Origin: Chlorokybus atmophyticus
Taxonomy: Eukaryota > Plantae > Mesostigma and Chlorokybus algae
Direction of reading: 5' to 3'
Length of the DNA: 64,000 nt
Assembly (NCBI GenBank): GCA_009103225.1
Contig: RHPI01002910.1
Coordinates: 124,001 to 188,000, forward strand
Shown here: one piece after another, positions 1 to 13,790 of the stretch
How the letters are laid out: each line of letters starts with the position of its first letter
How positions within the stretch are numbered: the stretch's first letter is position 1
Position numbers and translations under genes: made by a program
The notes under the pieces: model-generated
The model's database searches: none
Seen by the model: the letters and a program-made list of their open reading frames with translations, nothing else
Told to the model about the DNA's origin: nothing

Positions 1-2
1 CA

Positions 3-831
3 GGCAAAGACAGGACCACTGTAACGTATTGGGACAATCGAGCTTATCTTTCTCGCCTAGAGCCTGTCAAGTTGAGGCTACGGTTTGAAGAGCTCAGTGG
101 CAAGCGAGCGATACTTGAGTTTGAACATGTCAACATGCCTGACGTGTGGCCATCAAGGCTGAACACTGACCTATTCTTCATGGCTTTGGATGACCGTATT
201 GCTTGGTGCCGCCACTACATACGGGTATGTCTTGCAACACACAGTGACTGTCTTCACAGCATAATGCTGCTCTCCCTCTATGTCCTTGTAGCCGAAGCAT
301 ATACACTTGCATTGCAACATTTGTGCCTGTTTCAGATAACAAGTAGTGAAGGCGACACTGCATATGTCATTGAGAAGCGTGCCAACATCAATGTCAAGCT
401 CCGGATGACACCGAAGCTGCTGCAGCAGATAACTTTTGATGCATGCAAGGCCAAAGCGGCATCCTATCTGATGGAAATTTCCTCATACAACCTCTGCTCA
501 ACGAACAGCAAGACCTGGGCGTTGGTGGATCTTGAGGTCAGCCGTCAAGTGTGTTGATGTGACTGATTTGCTCTGAATATGACCGTTGAGTGGCTTGCAA
601 GTTGGGCTGTTTTTGCAACTTGTTGGCGCATGCACAGAATACCATCCAGCCCCAATGGCTATTGGGCTGCTGTCTTCTGAGTTTTTGCTTGTCCTCACTG
701 ATTGGTCTGGCAACACAACCTCACCACGCAGTCTGTGTTGTTTGCAGTGGCGCACATTGTACGCATTTCAGTTCGAGCTCAACACCGATGAGGGGGAATC
801 TGTTCGAGAGGCATGGTTGGTGCCGAGCTAG
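3..831 (+). CDS. 3' part of a spliced hypothetical protein gene, truncated at the window edge
   Basis: Open frame from nt 3 (GKDRTTVTYWDNRAYLSRLEPVKLRLRFEELSGKR...RHYIR) ends at a GTATGT donor near 223. It resumes after TTCAG near 336 (ITSSEGDTAYVIEKRANINVK...). Probable last exon is ...PAPMAIGLLSSEFLLVLTDWSG...VPS* (831). No family recognised. Confidence 0.45.
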
Positions 832-2154
832 TCAATCAAGTGACTGGAAACCAATCTTTAGGACCAAAAGATCTTGCGTCCCATGTTGTCTTGGCGATGA
901 TGACACCAACTGTGCTTGTGGCAAGTTTGTCTGCGCTCAGTATAATGCAATGCAAAGGAAAGGTCTGAGTGGGCTGTAGATAGACAATACTTGGGCGAAA
1001 TCCTCTACAATGCACAGAAGAAGCAGGACAACCCATCCACATAATGCGCAAGTGCTGAGACTCGATGCCAGGCTCACGCACGTGCAAGGGACATAAGATC
1101 ACAAGGGAGTTAGATACATCGTAAGCAAAAGGGAGGGGGGAGGGGGGAAGGGGGTGTAACTCGTTCATGCATGAACAATTACACGAATACGATAGTCATT
1201 GAAGACTGGTAGCGTACGTAAAACGCGTGACCACTCGAGTTGCTATTAGCAAACTCAAAGGGAAGGCAGCTGCACTGTGCAATACAAGCAGGCAAGCATG
1301 CATGACATTGCATCGGCCATAATCTTATATTGGGCCAAGACCAGCTTGAGACAATGGACTTAAAACATAGTAATCAAATCAACAACCCTTATCAAAACCC
1401 TTCAGGACCAGTGATACGCTATAGCAAGCAAGTAGTAAGGAGAACTCATGGAGTGCAGTAGAGAACATAGTAAAGCATACCATACAAGATAATACTTGTT
1501 GTACATAAACGTACACATTAAGAAAGTGATGTTAGCATTTATCTAGCATTTATGACAGAAACAATCCTATTTCAGATACTGAAGTGGTAGTGAAGGCCAT
1601 GCGTGTTCCGTTTTTTCGACAGCCAGATCCTCACGATGATGAGGATGCGCGTCGCCCATGCATGACGGATGACGACGATAAGGATGACATTGCCACGCGG
1701 GCAGGGCAGCATGCTAGCCCTACAAAAGGCAACTTGCAGGGCAGGCGCTGTGCTGTTCCAGTCTGCTGCGCTTGTGTCAGACCACAAGAGCGGCACGCTG
1801 TCCTACGTGTCACACATCACGACACGTGCTGGCCGCTAAGCTAACGCATTACCGATTGCCGACGTGTCCATTTATGTGATTAGCTACACCTACCAAACAC
1901 TGGCACTTTCCGTGCATTCCATATCTGTACCCGCTCTAGGGTCGCGTATCCAGCAAGGAAGCAGGGACATTGACAGCGTCTGCACAAGGGTGATTGCTAG
2001 GTCCTAGTGAACTTCTGCAGTGAATCGAGGGAGCAGTTCGATGGCATTAGAGCGTTGGCTGATTCACTAGTGACGCGTTCAACTTGATACGCTGCGCTGG
2101 AGGCACACATTTATCCTTGTGGTGCCAACCGTCGAGGGGCTGGCAGGGGAAGCG

Positions 2155-2163
2155 AAACCCTAA
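2155..2163 (+). promoter_or_regulatory. telo-box AAACCCTAA upstream of the ataxin-2-like gene leader
   Basis: Exact AAACCCTAA just before a GC-rich leader-like stretch (about 2300 onward). Telo-boxes are known plant promoter elements of translation and RNA-metabolism genes. Confidence 0.45.
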
Positions 2164-3507
2164 TCCGAAACCGCGTGATGCTGTTTTTGAGACGGAAGCC
2201 AAGACTGGAACGACAGCTATCGAGACTTAGCGAGCCTACAATGTGGCAGAAGCGAAAGTAACAGTGCCACCACTTGCGCGGAAGCCTAAGCCGGATTCAG
2301 GGCGGGAGACGACGGTGGGAGGGGCGGCGGCGAAGGAGTCGGTTGTAGGCGGGAGAGGGTTGCTGGGCCAGGGGGCGAGGCGGGCAGGACGGGGGAGGCG
2401 ACAGCTGTCAAATCATAGAGGACGCAAACGCGTCATTGGGGATCGCTCCTGTTGTCAGACTGCGCTGCGGAAGGGCCGCCTGTGTGGGTCGTGCACAGTC
2501 TTGCTGCGTTGTGGGGAGGAGGGGACAGTAGCGTGCGCCTTGCGGTGATTGCCGCCTGTGGTCGGCCACCTGCCTGTTGTTTGAGTCAAGGCTGTGGTGC
2601 GGCGGCGCGTTGGTCAACCAACCGCCCGTCTTTCCACTCCCTTATGGCTACCTGACCTTTCTCTCTACCCATTGTCTTGTAGTTGTTCTTTGGAACGCAG
2701 TCTCTCCGTCGCATCGACAGTGTTATTGCCTTCCACAAGGTAATGCCAGTGCTGTGCTGGTGACAGGGTGCGACTGTCGCTACGTTGCCACAGTTGCCAC
2801 AGTTCAAAAAGCATTTGAACATTGATCGCTGCCAAGCATGACTCGTTGGAGTGCGTGCGTATGATTTGCACAGCTTTGCTTACCTTCCTGTGATAACTGG
2901 TGGTCTCCCGCATGTTGCCAACAGATTCTTTGGTATGAATAAGCCTGTGTCCTTTGCTGTATGAGGCCTTGCTGTTAGGCGTCTGATACTGCTTGTGCAG
3001 GGCCAGGCATGCGTGACAACATTAGTCTTGCGTGTGGATAAGTGTGTCTGGCTGTTGCTAAGCTATTAGGCCTCTTTGCTGCCTGTGTAAGGCATACGCG
3101 CAATGCGCTTTGTGTAGCTTTGTGCGCAGTTCTCTGCAGAAGCATGCATTTTAGTTTTGGGCTTACCCTGGGCTTACCCTAATCCTGGTAAGCATTCCTG
3201 CCTACACACAAGTTCGGTTGTTAGACAGGGCGTAGCCTGTATGGCAGAGAGTTTGCAGCTGAAATCTTGTTTTTACATGTGTTAAGGTCCGCTAAATCGC
3301 GTGGAGAGTAGCGATTGAGTTCAACAAGATAGTATGGTTGGGTTTTGCACGAGGGTTTGCTTGCAGCCAGCTTTACTGCTTTGGGATAATAGCTTTATGT
3401 GTGAACGGCATCTTTGCGGGTTTGAGCAGCAAAACTCAGAATACACAAAGTATTTTTGCACTGACTGATTGCACTGGCTGGTTGTGCAGTGTTGAGCAGG
3501 CAGCAAC

Positions 3508-6500
3508 ATGAGTCACGTTCAAGCACAGCATGCGCCAGCAGCGCCGCATGGCCCGCACGCCTCATCTCAGAATGCATCTCGCCCTTTCGGTAATGCGGGG
3601 CGTGGTGGGAGGCGAGACGACCGTGGACCGGGACGCTCCTATGGCGATTACAACCGGGAACGTGACGCAGGGATGAGTCGCTCCGGCTCGGGAAGCGATT
3701 TTAGCAAGCGCTCAGGGCCAGGTTACAATGCACCATACAATCGTGACAGTCAGCCAGTTGCGTCATCACCTCGAGGAGCACAGCCCAGTGGGGTAATGTA
3801 CGAGAGGTTGCTTTTTGCCACAACGGGCCTGATTGGGCAGGCTGTGCAAGTACAAACCAAGAGCGGCTCCTTGTATTCTGGGGTGTTCTACACTGCAAAT
3901 ACGGATCGTGATTATGGTATGAACTGACAGTTATTTGCGCTACGTGCAGAACGAAGTTGCATGCAAGCAGCTGACACTTGGTTCTGTTGCTTCCAGCATA
4001 AGCTCGAGTTGCATTGCCGCAATACTTGTTGTGCTCAACTTCTCTTGATCAGACATTTTTGTCATGCGTTGATGCGACTCATGTACAGTTTTATTGTGCA
4101 GGTGTGGTGCTTCAGTATGCACGACTTGTGCACGACGGCACTGGCAAGGTTGATCAGGTGAAAGCCTCACGGCAGCCACCTGTAAAGTTCATGTTGTTTC
4201 ACTCCAAGGACTTGGTGCAGGTTATTGCGCAGGTGAGTATTAACATGAAGGACATCTCCTCAGCATGCTATATACGGGTGTGTGACATCCGGTGCTCACA
4301 CGGCAACGTTGTTGTCTTGCTTTACACAGGACATTTCCCTGGCTGATGACCGCAATGGCATTGCTAGCGAGAATGGGGTTGAGCTTGCAACAGACTCCGC
4401 CATATCGCGTGGGCGCTCAGGCGGGGAACGCGAGTTGAAGCGCTGGACGCCCGATGAGGGTGACAGTGCGCCAGATAACTTGAGGCTGGACAACACCTTC
4501 AGCGCTGCCAACGGGTCAGTGGTTGCAGCAGCGTGTTGTGTGCTGGTCAATTCGTGTGATGGTGTTGGTATGTGTTTGTTAGAAATTATGCCCGCTTATT
4601 CAGCTTCCGTCGCACAATGGAAGCTGAAATCTTGCTTCCGTTGCATAGCAGGTCGTGGGACCAGTTTTCTGCCAACAGGCAGCTGTTTGGAGTAAAGTCC
4701 ACATTTGATGAGCACATTTACACAACAAAAATTGACCCTGAGACTAGGCAGCGCAATGAGAAGGAAGCCGCTCGGTTGGCCCGGGAGATCGAGTCACAGG
4801 TGACGCGCAGTCAGCACCTTGCTGAGGAGCGCGGGCACACGTTGGATGACTCTGGTATTGAGGTGGATGAGGAGGAGCGATACTCTTCTGTGCTTCGCGC
4901 CCAGCCTGCTGCGGATGCAGACAAGCACAATGATGCAACTTTTGGGGATGATGCGCTAACCACCACAGCGCCTGCTTTCCCAGCGTGGGGTGCAAACTCA
5001 CGCAAACAACAGGGTGCCACGCCCTCCACTGCGCTGGGCAACGGGACAGCGGGGCTCAAAGATCCTGTGCCTGCTCGTTCAGCCTCACCACGCCCTGCTA
5101 GCGACCACGGTGCATCACCTGTTGAGAGACCAACCTCTGCTGCCTCTGCGCCAAGCACTACCACTTCCAAGCCCAGCCCCTTGTCACATACAGATGTGTC
5201 AAAGGTGTGTAGTGCTGATTGATTGTTGCAGGCATGTCTGCTTATGTCAATTCGTAGTGAAGGTGGCTGGATGCTGCACGTATGCATGCTTGAGGCAGGT
5301 GGCGCATGGGAAGGATGTCTTGAAAGAACTCTTGGTTGCGCGCATGTTGTGGGTCTCTATATCCAGTCAGCAACTTGCACATCACTTATTGTGGTTGGCT
5401 ATGCAGGCCACACTTCCAGCTTCCCCTGCACCTGTCCTTGTTGCGCGGCCATCCACTTTGGGACCGTCAAAGCTCGGCGACAGTTCAAGCCCGTCTCCTC
5501 GCACAGGGTCACCACGAGTTCAGTCTCCGCGATCATCGTCTCCACGCGTGTCCTCTCCCCGTGCTGGCACTGAACCATCACTTATCAAGGAACGGCTGCG
5601 TGTCAGGCTGCATATTGTCAATGATAAGTCAAAACGTGCCCAGGTGAGCAGCCATGTTGATGCAGGCAGACAGACAACTTCCTACGCTTGAGCAGCCAAT
5701 TTATGCAACTGTACGTAAGAACTCTTCCTGATGCTGTGCAGGCTGCATATGGGCCAGGCTATGCTAGCAGTCCACTGGGTCGGTCACCTATGAAGTCGCC
5801 ACTTGTTGGTGATCCAGAGGGTCTCAAGGCGTTGAACCTGGAGCCGGTTGTTCCGGCTGTTCCAGAACAAGTATACAGGTTGGTCATTGCAAGTCAAGTT
5901 AACTGCTCCTGCTGTGTAGTTATCCTGGCTGGAACTGCCAGCCCCACCAGCCTTGACCAATTGCATATGACGAATGATTGTGTGGTGGGGTGTGCAGGGA
6001 ATACTTGGAGTTCAAGAGCAACAAGTTGGCTAAGCCGCGAGAAGAAACAACGAATGAGCTGAAGTCTTTCAGTGAAAGCCTCTCCACGCGCACGGTCAGT
6101 GGCCACTACATAGTTGTGTGTTGTGGGATTTACGTGCTTGCTGTGTGACATCATCCTGCATGCAGATCAAGGATTCTCCGGCAGTGTCACCACGAGCGGC
6201 AGGTGTCCGCACACCCCATCTGGCCTCAACACCTGGCGGCGGCAGCACACCCCGTGCAGGTATTACCAAGGGGCGGCGTGTCGTGTTGTTACAACTTGTG
6301 TGTTGCAATATTAGTCATTCAGACACATCCCAGCACATGGGCATAAACTCTATTCTTCCAACAGGACGAGTCGCCGCAGGTGGCGAGTCGCCGAGCAAAG
6401 CTGAAGGCGCATCCAGCACAACAACCAGTGCAGCGACCATCTCCGCCACTTGCACAAGCGCACCCTCAGAAGCATGTGCGCTTGCTCGAGCAGCAGCTGC

Positions 6501-7603
6501 AGCGAGTGTTGTCACAGCCCCCAACGCGGCCACAGCCACATCCACTTCCACGCCCACAACCACCTACGAAGCCCCCTCAACGTCAGTATCCCCCTCATCG
6601 CTTGCTGCAAGTGCACTCAAGAAGTCAACACTGAATCCTGCTGCAAAGGTGTGTTGCTTATTTTTCCACTGATGAGCTTATAGGTAAGGCTCGTTTGTCT
6701 GGTGCTCACTGCTGTGCTTGCTGCAGGAGTTCAAGTTGAATCCCAATGCCAAGTCATTTACCCCGGTTCCAAAAGACTCAACACCAACCAGCAGTGCGCC
6801 TTGCTCACCCGTCCCGAACACGCATCCTGCACCTCTCAGCCCTGGGGCGGGTGCCCACATGTACGCGCCGGCCGGCATGTCCCCTGTCCAGATGCCGCCA
6901 GGAATGATGCCACAGATGATGCCATATGGGGCCATGCCCATGCCCATGGGGGTACGTGTTGTTGCATGTATGGCTGTCTTGTCGCATGGCAGGATGCACA
7001 CAGACTTATCAGTAAGTTGTACAGGGTCCACATGGTGGCTTTGTCGGTGGCCCGTACATGCCTGGTGCTCCTGGCGTAAAAATGCAGCCCGGCCAAGTGA
7101 TGAATCCCATGTACGCACAGCAACAGGCCATTCGCGCTTATGGAGGTGCGCCACCCATGCAACCGCCTGGCAATCCAGGCTTCATATACCCCAATGGGCA
7201 GCAGGTCAGGCTCTGGTCAGCATTCATCACAACTTGTTGGCTTTGCTTCGTGAGAATCTTGACTGAACTTGAATGTGGCCCTTGCAGTTTCATCCTGCCA
7301 TGGCCTATGGCCCCAACGGTCAACCTGTCATGACATACATGCCACAGATGCCTCCGCAGCATAGTCAGTCCCCACAGCAGCATAAGCGCTTCTATCAAGC
7401 GCCACAAGGTGAGCTGCTTACGACGGCAGCAAAGGTTGTGCAAACCAGGCGCTTTGCATTGTGCTCATTGATGACATGTTCGATTTGCTACAGGTCCTCC
7501 AGCGCAATACATCGGCCCACCTGCCTTCGTGCCAGGTCAGCCGCAGCAGCTACCTTTGCACAGTCCACGAGGTGGCAATGCAAATGCAAACATTGCCAGC
7601 TGA
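3508..7603 (+). CDS. ATXN2: Ataxin-2 / CID3-CID4-like RNA-binding protein (Lsm, LsmAD, tandem PAM2)
   Basis: Lsm domain (ERLLFATTGLIGQAVQVQTKSGSLYSGVF), ELKRW motif, LsmAD (WDQFSANRQLFGVKSTFDEHIYTTKID...HLAEERG...EEERYSSVLR), plant CID motif SPLVGD..ALNLEP, tandem PAM2 KKSTLNPAAK|EFKLNPNAKSFTP, and a P/Q/M-rich tail. GT-AG introns keep the frame; stop TGA at 7601-7603. Confidence 0.92.
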
Positions 7604-9270
7604 GTTTAGATATTAGACTGCTGGAGAGGCATGCAGCCCGTTGCTCGATGATAAGGTATATTGTGTACATTTGTGAAGTGCATGCGACGGAGGTCGTGCC
7701 AAATGCCGTTGTGCATCATGCATGCTGATTGTCACAGTATCTTCGCCGTGCCCTGATTTTCGTGACATGGCATCTGACATGTGTGAATGATACATTTCTG
7801 TGGCAGATTGAGCAGTCTAGTTAAACATCTGTGCTCGAGGTGGTTTTTTCATGCAACGAAAATGCATGACTTGCACAGAGGTATACGCGCAGACGCATGT
7901 GCAGGTGCATCCAATACAAGTTGAAGCAAACAAGTTGACAGGATTGGATTATAGCAGCATTGGTGCAGGAGGGAGAGGATGGGCTATGACAAAACGAGGG
8001 AGATTAGGTTGTACGTAAGTCCTGGACCCTAACAGCTGCGATGTTAGCAGGGTATGCCAGTTAGAATGCATGCTCACCTAAACGCATGCAAGTATCCAGT
8101 CAGTCGCCGCCAATGTGGGGCACTCACATTATGTTCTGATGAATGCTTCCAGCAGTCAAGAGTTGTGTACGGAAATTTCATCTCATAGCAGTTCACACCC
8201 TTCATCTCTCCATTATTCAAAAGCAATTACGTTCTTGACCCACCTGTCCATACACCTCACAATCCAAGCCTCAACACAATCACTACGCTAACAATAACAA
8301 CGACAGCAACCTGCCGCAGGTTTTAACGATACGTCCTCATGCAAGCATAGGCAGTGGTGTGCGTGATGCTGGGCGCGATGTCATGCGGTTGGTGCGGGTG
8401 GTGTGCGTGACCGTGTGGGTGTGAGAATCTTGTAGATGAGCATGGCGCGTTACACGACCCCTGTACATATGTGTATAAAGTGTTGGTAGATGTACAATAT
8501 GTCCTCACGCAAACGTTTGCAGCAGATGTATGTGTAATAGTTATGATGGTTGGTTCTGGTTAATGCAAATGTAGTGTGCGTGTCCTTGCTTTGTGGCACC
8601 TTTCTCTATGCTCCCATATGTGTCCACGCATTGGTTTTGCCTATGCCGTCACGTGGACGCTGTTAGCGTGGCTATCAGCGTCAGCAACACGGGGTTGAAT
8701 CGCAAACGTGCACAATCGTACTCACATGTGCAGGCAGGCAACAGTTGCGCAATGAGAGACGAACCACAGAACGGGTCTGCATTACAATATGACTCCATGT
8801 GCTTGTGTAGTCGAGAGCATGTAATTGGTGAATCTAGTCATTTCTCCCGGGCACTTCGGGGATCTTTTGCCATCAGTCTTGCGCGTCACCGTAACATGTT
8901 TATCCAATGCACACCAACAGCTGACGTTGTGGTAAGGCCTCAGCGTGGTAAGCCAAAGAGACCATGCTTGCACATTAGCATTTGCAGGCAGCTACAACAA
9001 CTGCATACAGTCAGAACAATTGCTGGAGTGCGTTAAGGCAACTTCCTCGACCAACCACTGATGGTCCCACAAGCATGTTCATTAAAGCCTTTAACAAACA
9101 AATGCGCACGTGTGCATGCAACTGTGAACCTGCTGGATGGTCGGTGCTATTGAGGCTTGAAGTGAAACGACTTTTGATCTGTGAGGCTGGTCCTGCAATG
9201 CAGCTTGAAAGCACGTGGAACTATGCAGGCAAGCTGTAAGAAGCAATGATTTCAGTACACAAGAAATTTG

Positions 9271-9299
9271 CAGCGCAACGCTGTAAGAGCGTTGCGCTG
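9271..9299. repeat. perfect 12-bp inverted repeat, 5-nt loop
   Basis: CAGCGCAACGCT-GTAAG-AGCGTTGCGCTG, about 60 nt downstream of the F-box gene stop (minus strand). Confidence 0.8.
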
Positions 9300-9361
9300 A
9301 CATGCAGTATTGCACAGGCTGCTAGCCCAGCTACATACAGGCAGCGGTTGCTCTTGCTAAT

Positions 9362-11910
9362 CTACGCATTGACAATCATGTGCGCCAGCACTTCAGTGCA
9401 CCTCACAATCATCTCCACGTGCTCTGGTGCAATGCCAGTGTGATGTCTTGACCCGCAAGACGTGCAGGGAGCTGCAACACAAGTACAAACAACTCGTCAT
9501 TTGAAGGGAGCAGATCGGGTTATATGCGTCAAGACAAGCAAGATATGCTGATTGTGCACGACCAAGACAGACCTGGCACTCCGCAGCGCTCCAGGAGTAT
9601 ACTGGCCAGTGACTTGGACAGCTGCACCTTGTTGGATGTGTATCCTTCAAGGACAGAACGCGCTGTGGATACGGCGGGGCTGATGTGGTCTTTGCTGGGG
9701 CCCTTCCTCAGGGCCCAGCGCGCATACATGGTCTGTTCAGGGACTAGATTGGCCAGCCACTCTGCGTGCCTGCGAACGGATGCTTGCACCATGAAGTGGA
9801 GCTTCATGAGGTGCACGTCTCCCGAGAGAACAATCAAACGCTGCATGTAGTAGTCGTTCCAGCCATTCGTCAGTATGCTGAACGCTTCATAACGCTTGTC
9901 GACGGTCGTATCACTTGGAATCAACTGCTTCCAAGTCCAGGACAGCGATAGCAGCGCGTCGTCAAACGCTTCGCGCACTCGACGCGGATGGTTCTCATAT
10001 TCATCAAACATCTCCTCGTCGTCGCTGTCTGGAACAGGGAAGTCGTCCAGGATGACATCGTCGTCCAACACCCAGTGCTGGGTTCATCACAAGATATAAT
10101 CAGGACCCAGTAGCTGCATGTTTTTGGCTTGTGGACTGGATGTACAACTAGTTACCAAGTTGGCACGCAACAGCATTTTGGGCACATCAACTTACTGTGT
10201 AGTCTTCCCTATCCGTAGGGTAGTACGCGTCCAAGTCGCATGCTGCACAAATTGCCTTGGATCACTTTTGTAAACAAGCATGTGTTGAGCACCTTCCATG
10301 CACAGGCAGCCTGGGCCAGTACCAATGCGATGCGATGAAGCACGAATACCAAGAGCTGTAACAACAGCGACGTTGCCACGCTACTGGACACGGCACTTAC
10401 CACGGGGCCCAAACAAGAGGTAGACGAAAGTGGCTTGTATATGCACGTCTGACCAGCGGCGCGCAAGCAGCCTGATGGTGGAGGCAGCAAAGGAAGAGAG
10501 CGGTACGCACTGCCTGTCTCCCGGCAACCGCATGAGCACGCCGCTGATGACTTCGCGAATCAACATGTCTTCTTGAAGGCTGAGAACACGACAATATTTC
10601 AGTACATGCTGCTGGCCGACTGCAAGCCTGCCTCCACTACAATGAAGTTGACCGTCAGTCAGTAAACAACGACAGTAAATAATTGTGAGGTCAAGCTTCA
10701 CCTCATAGTCGCAGGCACAGCGTTGCGATGCTCGTAGCAGAGAAACTTGGCTTCATCGCTAACGCGGCACAGCTCCTGCAGCAACTTCAGCGGTTTCATG
10801 TGGCTGAACTCTTCCCTAAAGTAAGCAGCCAAAAATTCCGCCAGCATTGGTGCCGTATACCCTGTCAACACTGTGTGAGCACCCTACGAGAGTCAGTTTG
10901 CATGCAGCACAGCCTCAGCTGGTACCTCTCGTGACCAACTGCAGAACTCGCCACATCTCTTTGTAGGCACTTGATAAAACGAGCTTCTTGTGCGCTGTCG
11001 TTGCCAACACAAGCTGCTTGGTAAAGACTGCCCTGTCGCTTATGCTGCAAATACAACAGCATGTCATGTCATCCGTGCTTAGAGACTTACAGCTTGCTAG
11101 CCACAGTTTGTACACTTGACTGCCAGCAAACACCCAGTTGCAAGCACTGCTTAACATGGGTGTGCCTCACCTAGCTCGTGACACACAGTGCTCAGCTAGA
11201 CTGCTTCCGTCATAACTCATCTAACAGTCTTCCTAATGAGGTTAGCAACTTAAAGAATAACTGACAACCCGCGTACCTGAAGCTGCAAGCTAGGGCGCGC
11301 ACCAGCTGGCCAAGCCTGCCCGGCGTCTCTTGCAGCCAGGCAGCAGGCGTTGCACTTTGCGGTGTCACCTGGCACTGTACCGCCTTCAAGACCTCAGCGG
11401 ACAGAATCTTGCTGGCCAGAGCCAGCGCAGACCAGTCCCCGATCGATAGTTGCTGTAAAACCAGCATGCAAACACTGAGCTGGGTTGCGCGTTGTACATG
11501 TGCATACTGGCTGCTGCCGTTCTGACTGCTCAGTTGGCATGCAGTCAAGGGCTTAACTACTAGTAACAGTAGTACTTGCTCAGCACGCTGCGCCAAAGCT
11601 AAAAGCAACTTGACTCCACTTGGGCGCACAAGCATACAAGAGGACAAACTGACTGATAGACAGCTCTGCTAGCTTTCTACTTGCAGCCTTCCAGGCTGCA
11701 AGTAGTCAGCTACACAGGCCTCAGCCGGTAAGCTACAAGCAGTGTGCTTCGGGAGTCTTATCTGACAAAGGAAGACAACCATTGCATGTAATGGTGCACA
11801 ATGCTTACCTCCAGGATAAGCACGAGCGTGTCTCTCGGCAGGCGTTCCAGGTGACTGCCACCACCAAGTGCCTGACGCGACTTGCTGCGCGTCATGTAGT
11901 GCCTGGACAT
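9362..11910 (-). CDS. F-box protein with uncharacterised C-terminal region
   Basis: ATG at 11910 (MSRHYMTRSK...). Splicing GTAAGC...TTACAG joins LERLPRDTLVLILE to QLSIGDWSALALASKIL, an F-box pattern. Further exons (GYTAPMLAEFLAAYFREEF..., SLQEDMLIREVISG..., DDDVILDDFPVPDSDD...) lead to a last exon ...EVLAHMIVNA* (TAG at 9362-9364). Confidence 0.7.
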
Positions 11911-12759
11911 CTTCAACTTGAAGGGGCGGCCTACCACTCTCTTCAGCTGGTTCAGCTTCTGCGTAACAAGACACAAGTACCTCAACCCGTAAGCAACGTG
12001 CTTGCAGTATTGAAGCATAAATGTGACTCCATTTGTGTTGTAGTTTACTTTGCTGTGCACACACCGACCAGTGAAGACAGCAAGAAGTGAGCATGCATGC
12101 TGCCAGACGGCATTTGCAGCTGGAATCATGCACCACAGCACTGAGCAGGTTGTCTACTGTGCTACTCAACCAGAATTTGACACAATATATGTCGCAGTAA
12201 ATGCGCAGCATAAGCTAGAACAGCCAGCTTGCCTGCAGAGGCACTGAGCTACAACTCACTTCAACAGGCTCTGGCGTTGATGTTCCAGCAGCAGAGCAGC
12301 TGGCATCAGCTTCTTGCGCAGCACGGCTCTACCTTACGTAAGTTCAAGCGCATGCAACCTCTGAATCAAGGTCTATGACACGAAGCTGCCGCCGACAGCG
12401 CCGCCGCCGCCGCTCCAACAAAGCCGACGCGGCCACTGCAACAGGAACAGCGTGGTCATGTGACTTGGAGGAGCAGCAAAGCGTAGGAGGCACTCAGCTT
12501 CTTTCATGAGCTACAGGCGGTATTAGCCCATGAGTCCAAACGCTGCGTCGTTGATAGTGGCAATTATGGCAATAATAAGCGTGAAGCTATGGACAATCTG
12601 CAGGCTATGTGTGCTGTGTTGAACTCAAGGTTGTTCAGCACTGCTTCAGCAGCTATTCGTACCTTTGAGAGTGTGCATGGAAAGTAGCGCATACAGTTAT
12701 GATAGTGCGTGTAAGCTTCTCCAAGGCGATTTTTGATGATATCACAATATATAACACAC

Positions 12760-13790
12760 CTGGTACGCTTAACACATGATGTGTGCAATTATTAATGTCA
12801 TGTAAGAACTTTATTGAATGTTGAATAACATTCAACATTCAATAAAGTTTATATAACTGTTGTTCTTGTAACATAAGCATTCATATTGGTGTTTTATCCA
12901 ATACGAACATGAAGATAATATACAATTTGCTAATGTGCGGATAACATCAAGACGTTAAAGTATGAACTCATGCAGTTAATCATGTCAAAACACAACATGC
13001 AGAATTAACAATTAAATTCATTCATAATGCGCAAAGACTATACTGTTCATAATACACCATATTATAACAATCATAACAATGCACATAAACATGTGAAAGA
13101 TTGTTTGTTTTGATGTTGTAAAAAGCATCGATCGTGTTGAGTTTTATAAAGTTAAATGCGTGTATACGCACTTGACGTTGTAAAATTCATCACATTCAAT
13201 ATGCATCACTTGTGAATGACCCCACAACACAATAAGGATGTCAAAGTCAAGTTCATCATAAAAAGTAGCATTATAACATACTAACTTTTTTTCTCGCACA
13301 ATCAATGTGTTCAATACCAATAACGATCGTTAAATCAATCAATATATATGTATATATATACATATATATGTATATGTATATATAATGAGGTTGATGTGTT
13401 CATGCAAAGCATGTGTAACCGTTATAATCAACAATCAAATAAAACCTTTCCGTCGTAATTTGACTCATAAAGGTTTAATTTTGTAAGATATGTTAAGTGC
13501 TATAACATGCGGGTTCATACCATTCGATCGACTTGCAGAGCAATTGCAAAAACTATGTCAATAAAAAACGGATACAAACAGATGAAAACGGATTAAAAAT
13601 GGATTGTGTAATTGTAATACAAGTCTAGCAAAGATACACATTGTGTACATGCTTAAACATGCTTGAACATGCATCTGTTGAAAATTTAATCTGGTGCATA
13701 GCTATGCGTCTATCACGAAATTCATTATAAAGCATATACAACATATGATTCATATGATTCATAATGTTTGTCATGTCACTTTTTCAGTTT
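12760..13790. other. AT-rich island 1 between the divergent F-box and Tubby genes
   Basis: Sample line 13021-13080 is 16/60 G+C, against roughly half G+C elsewhere. No long ORF. Includes a (TA)-type microsatellite near 13343-13385. Confidence 0.75.
12807..12849. repeat. perfect 20-bp inverted repeat, 3-nt loop
   Basis: AACTTTATTGAATGTTGAAT-AAC-ATTCAACATTCAATAAAGTT. Confidence 0.9.

Noticed and set aside
1584-1844. 86-aa ORF (MVVKAMRVPFFRQPDPHDDED...)
   Set aside because: No homology cue, GTG start, and no supporting exon chain.
3159-3180. Short tandem duplications (GGGCTTACCCT x2; similar ones near 1530, 2785 and 13742)
   Set aside because: Ordinary replication-slippage duplications with no further structure.
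8593-9036. 147-aa ORF between the convergent ataxin-2 and F-box genes
   Set aside because: Cys/His/Ser-rich composition typical of translated non-coding DNA in this genome.
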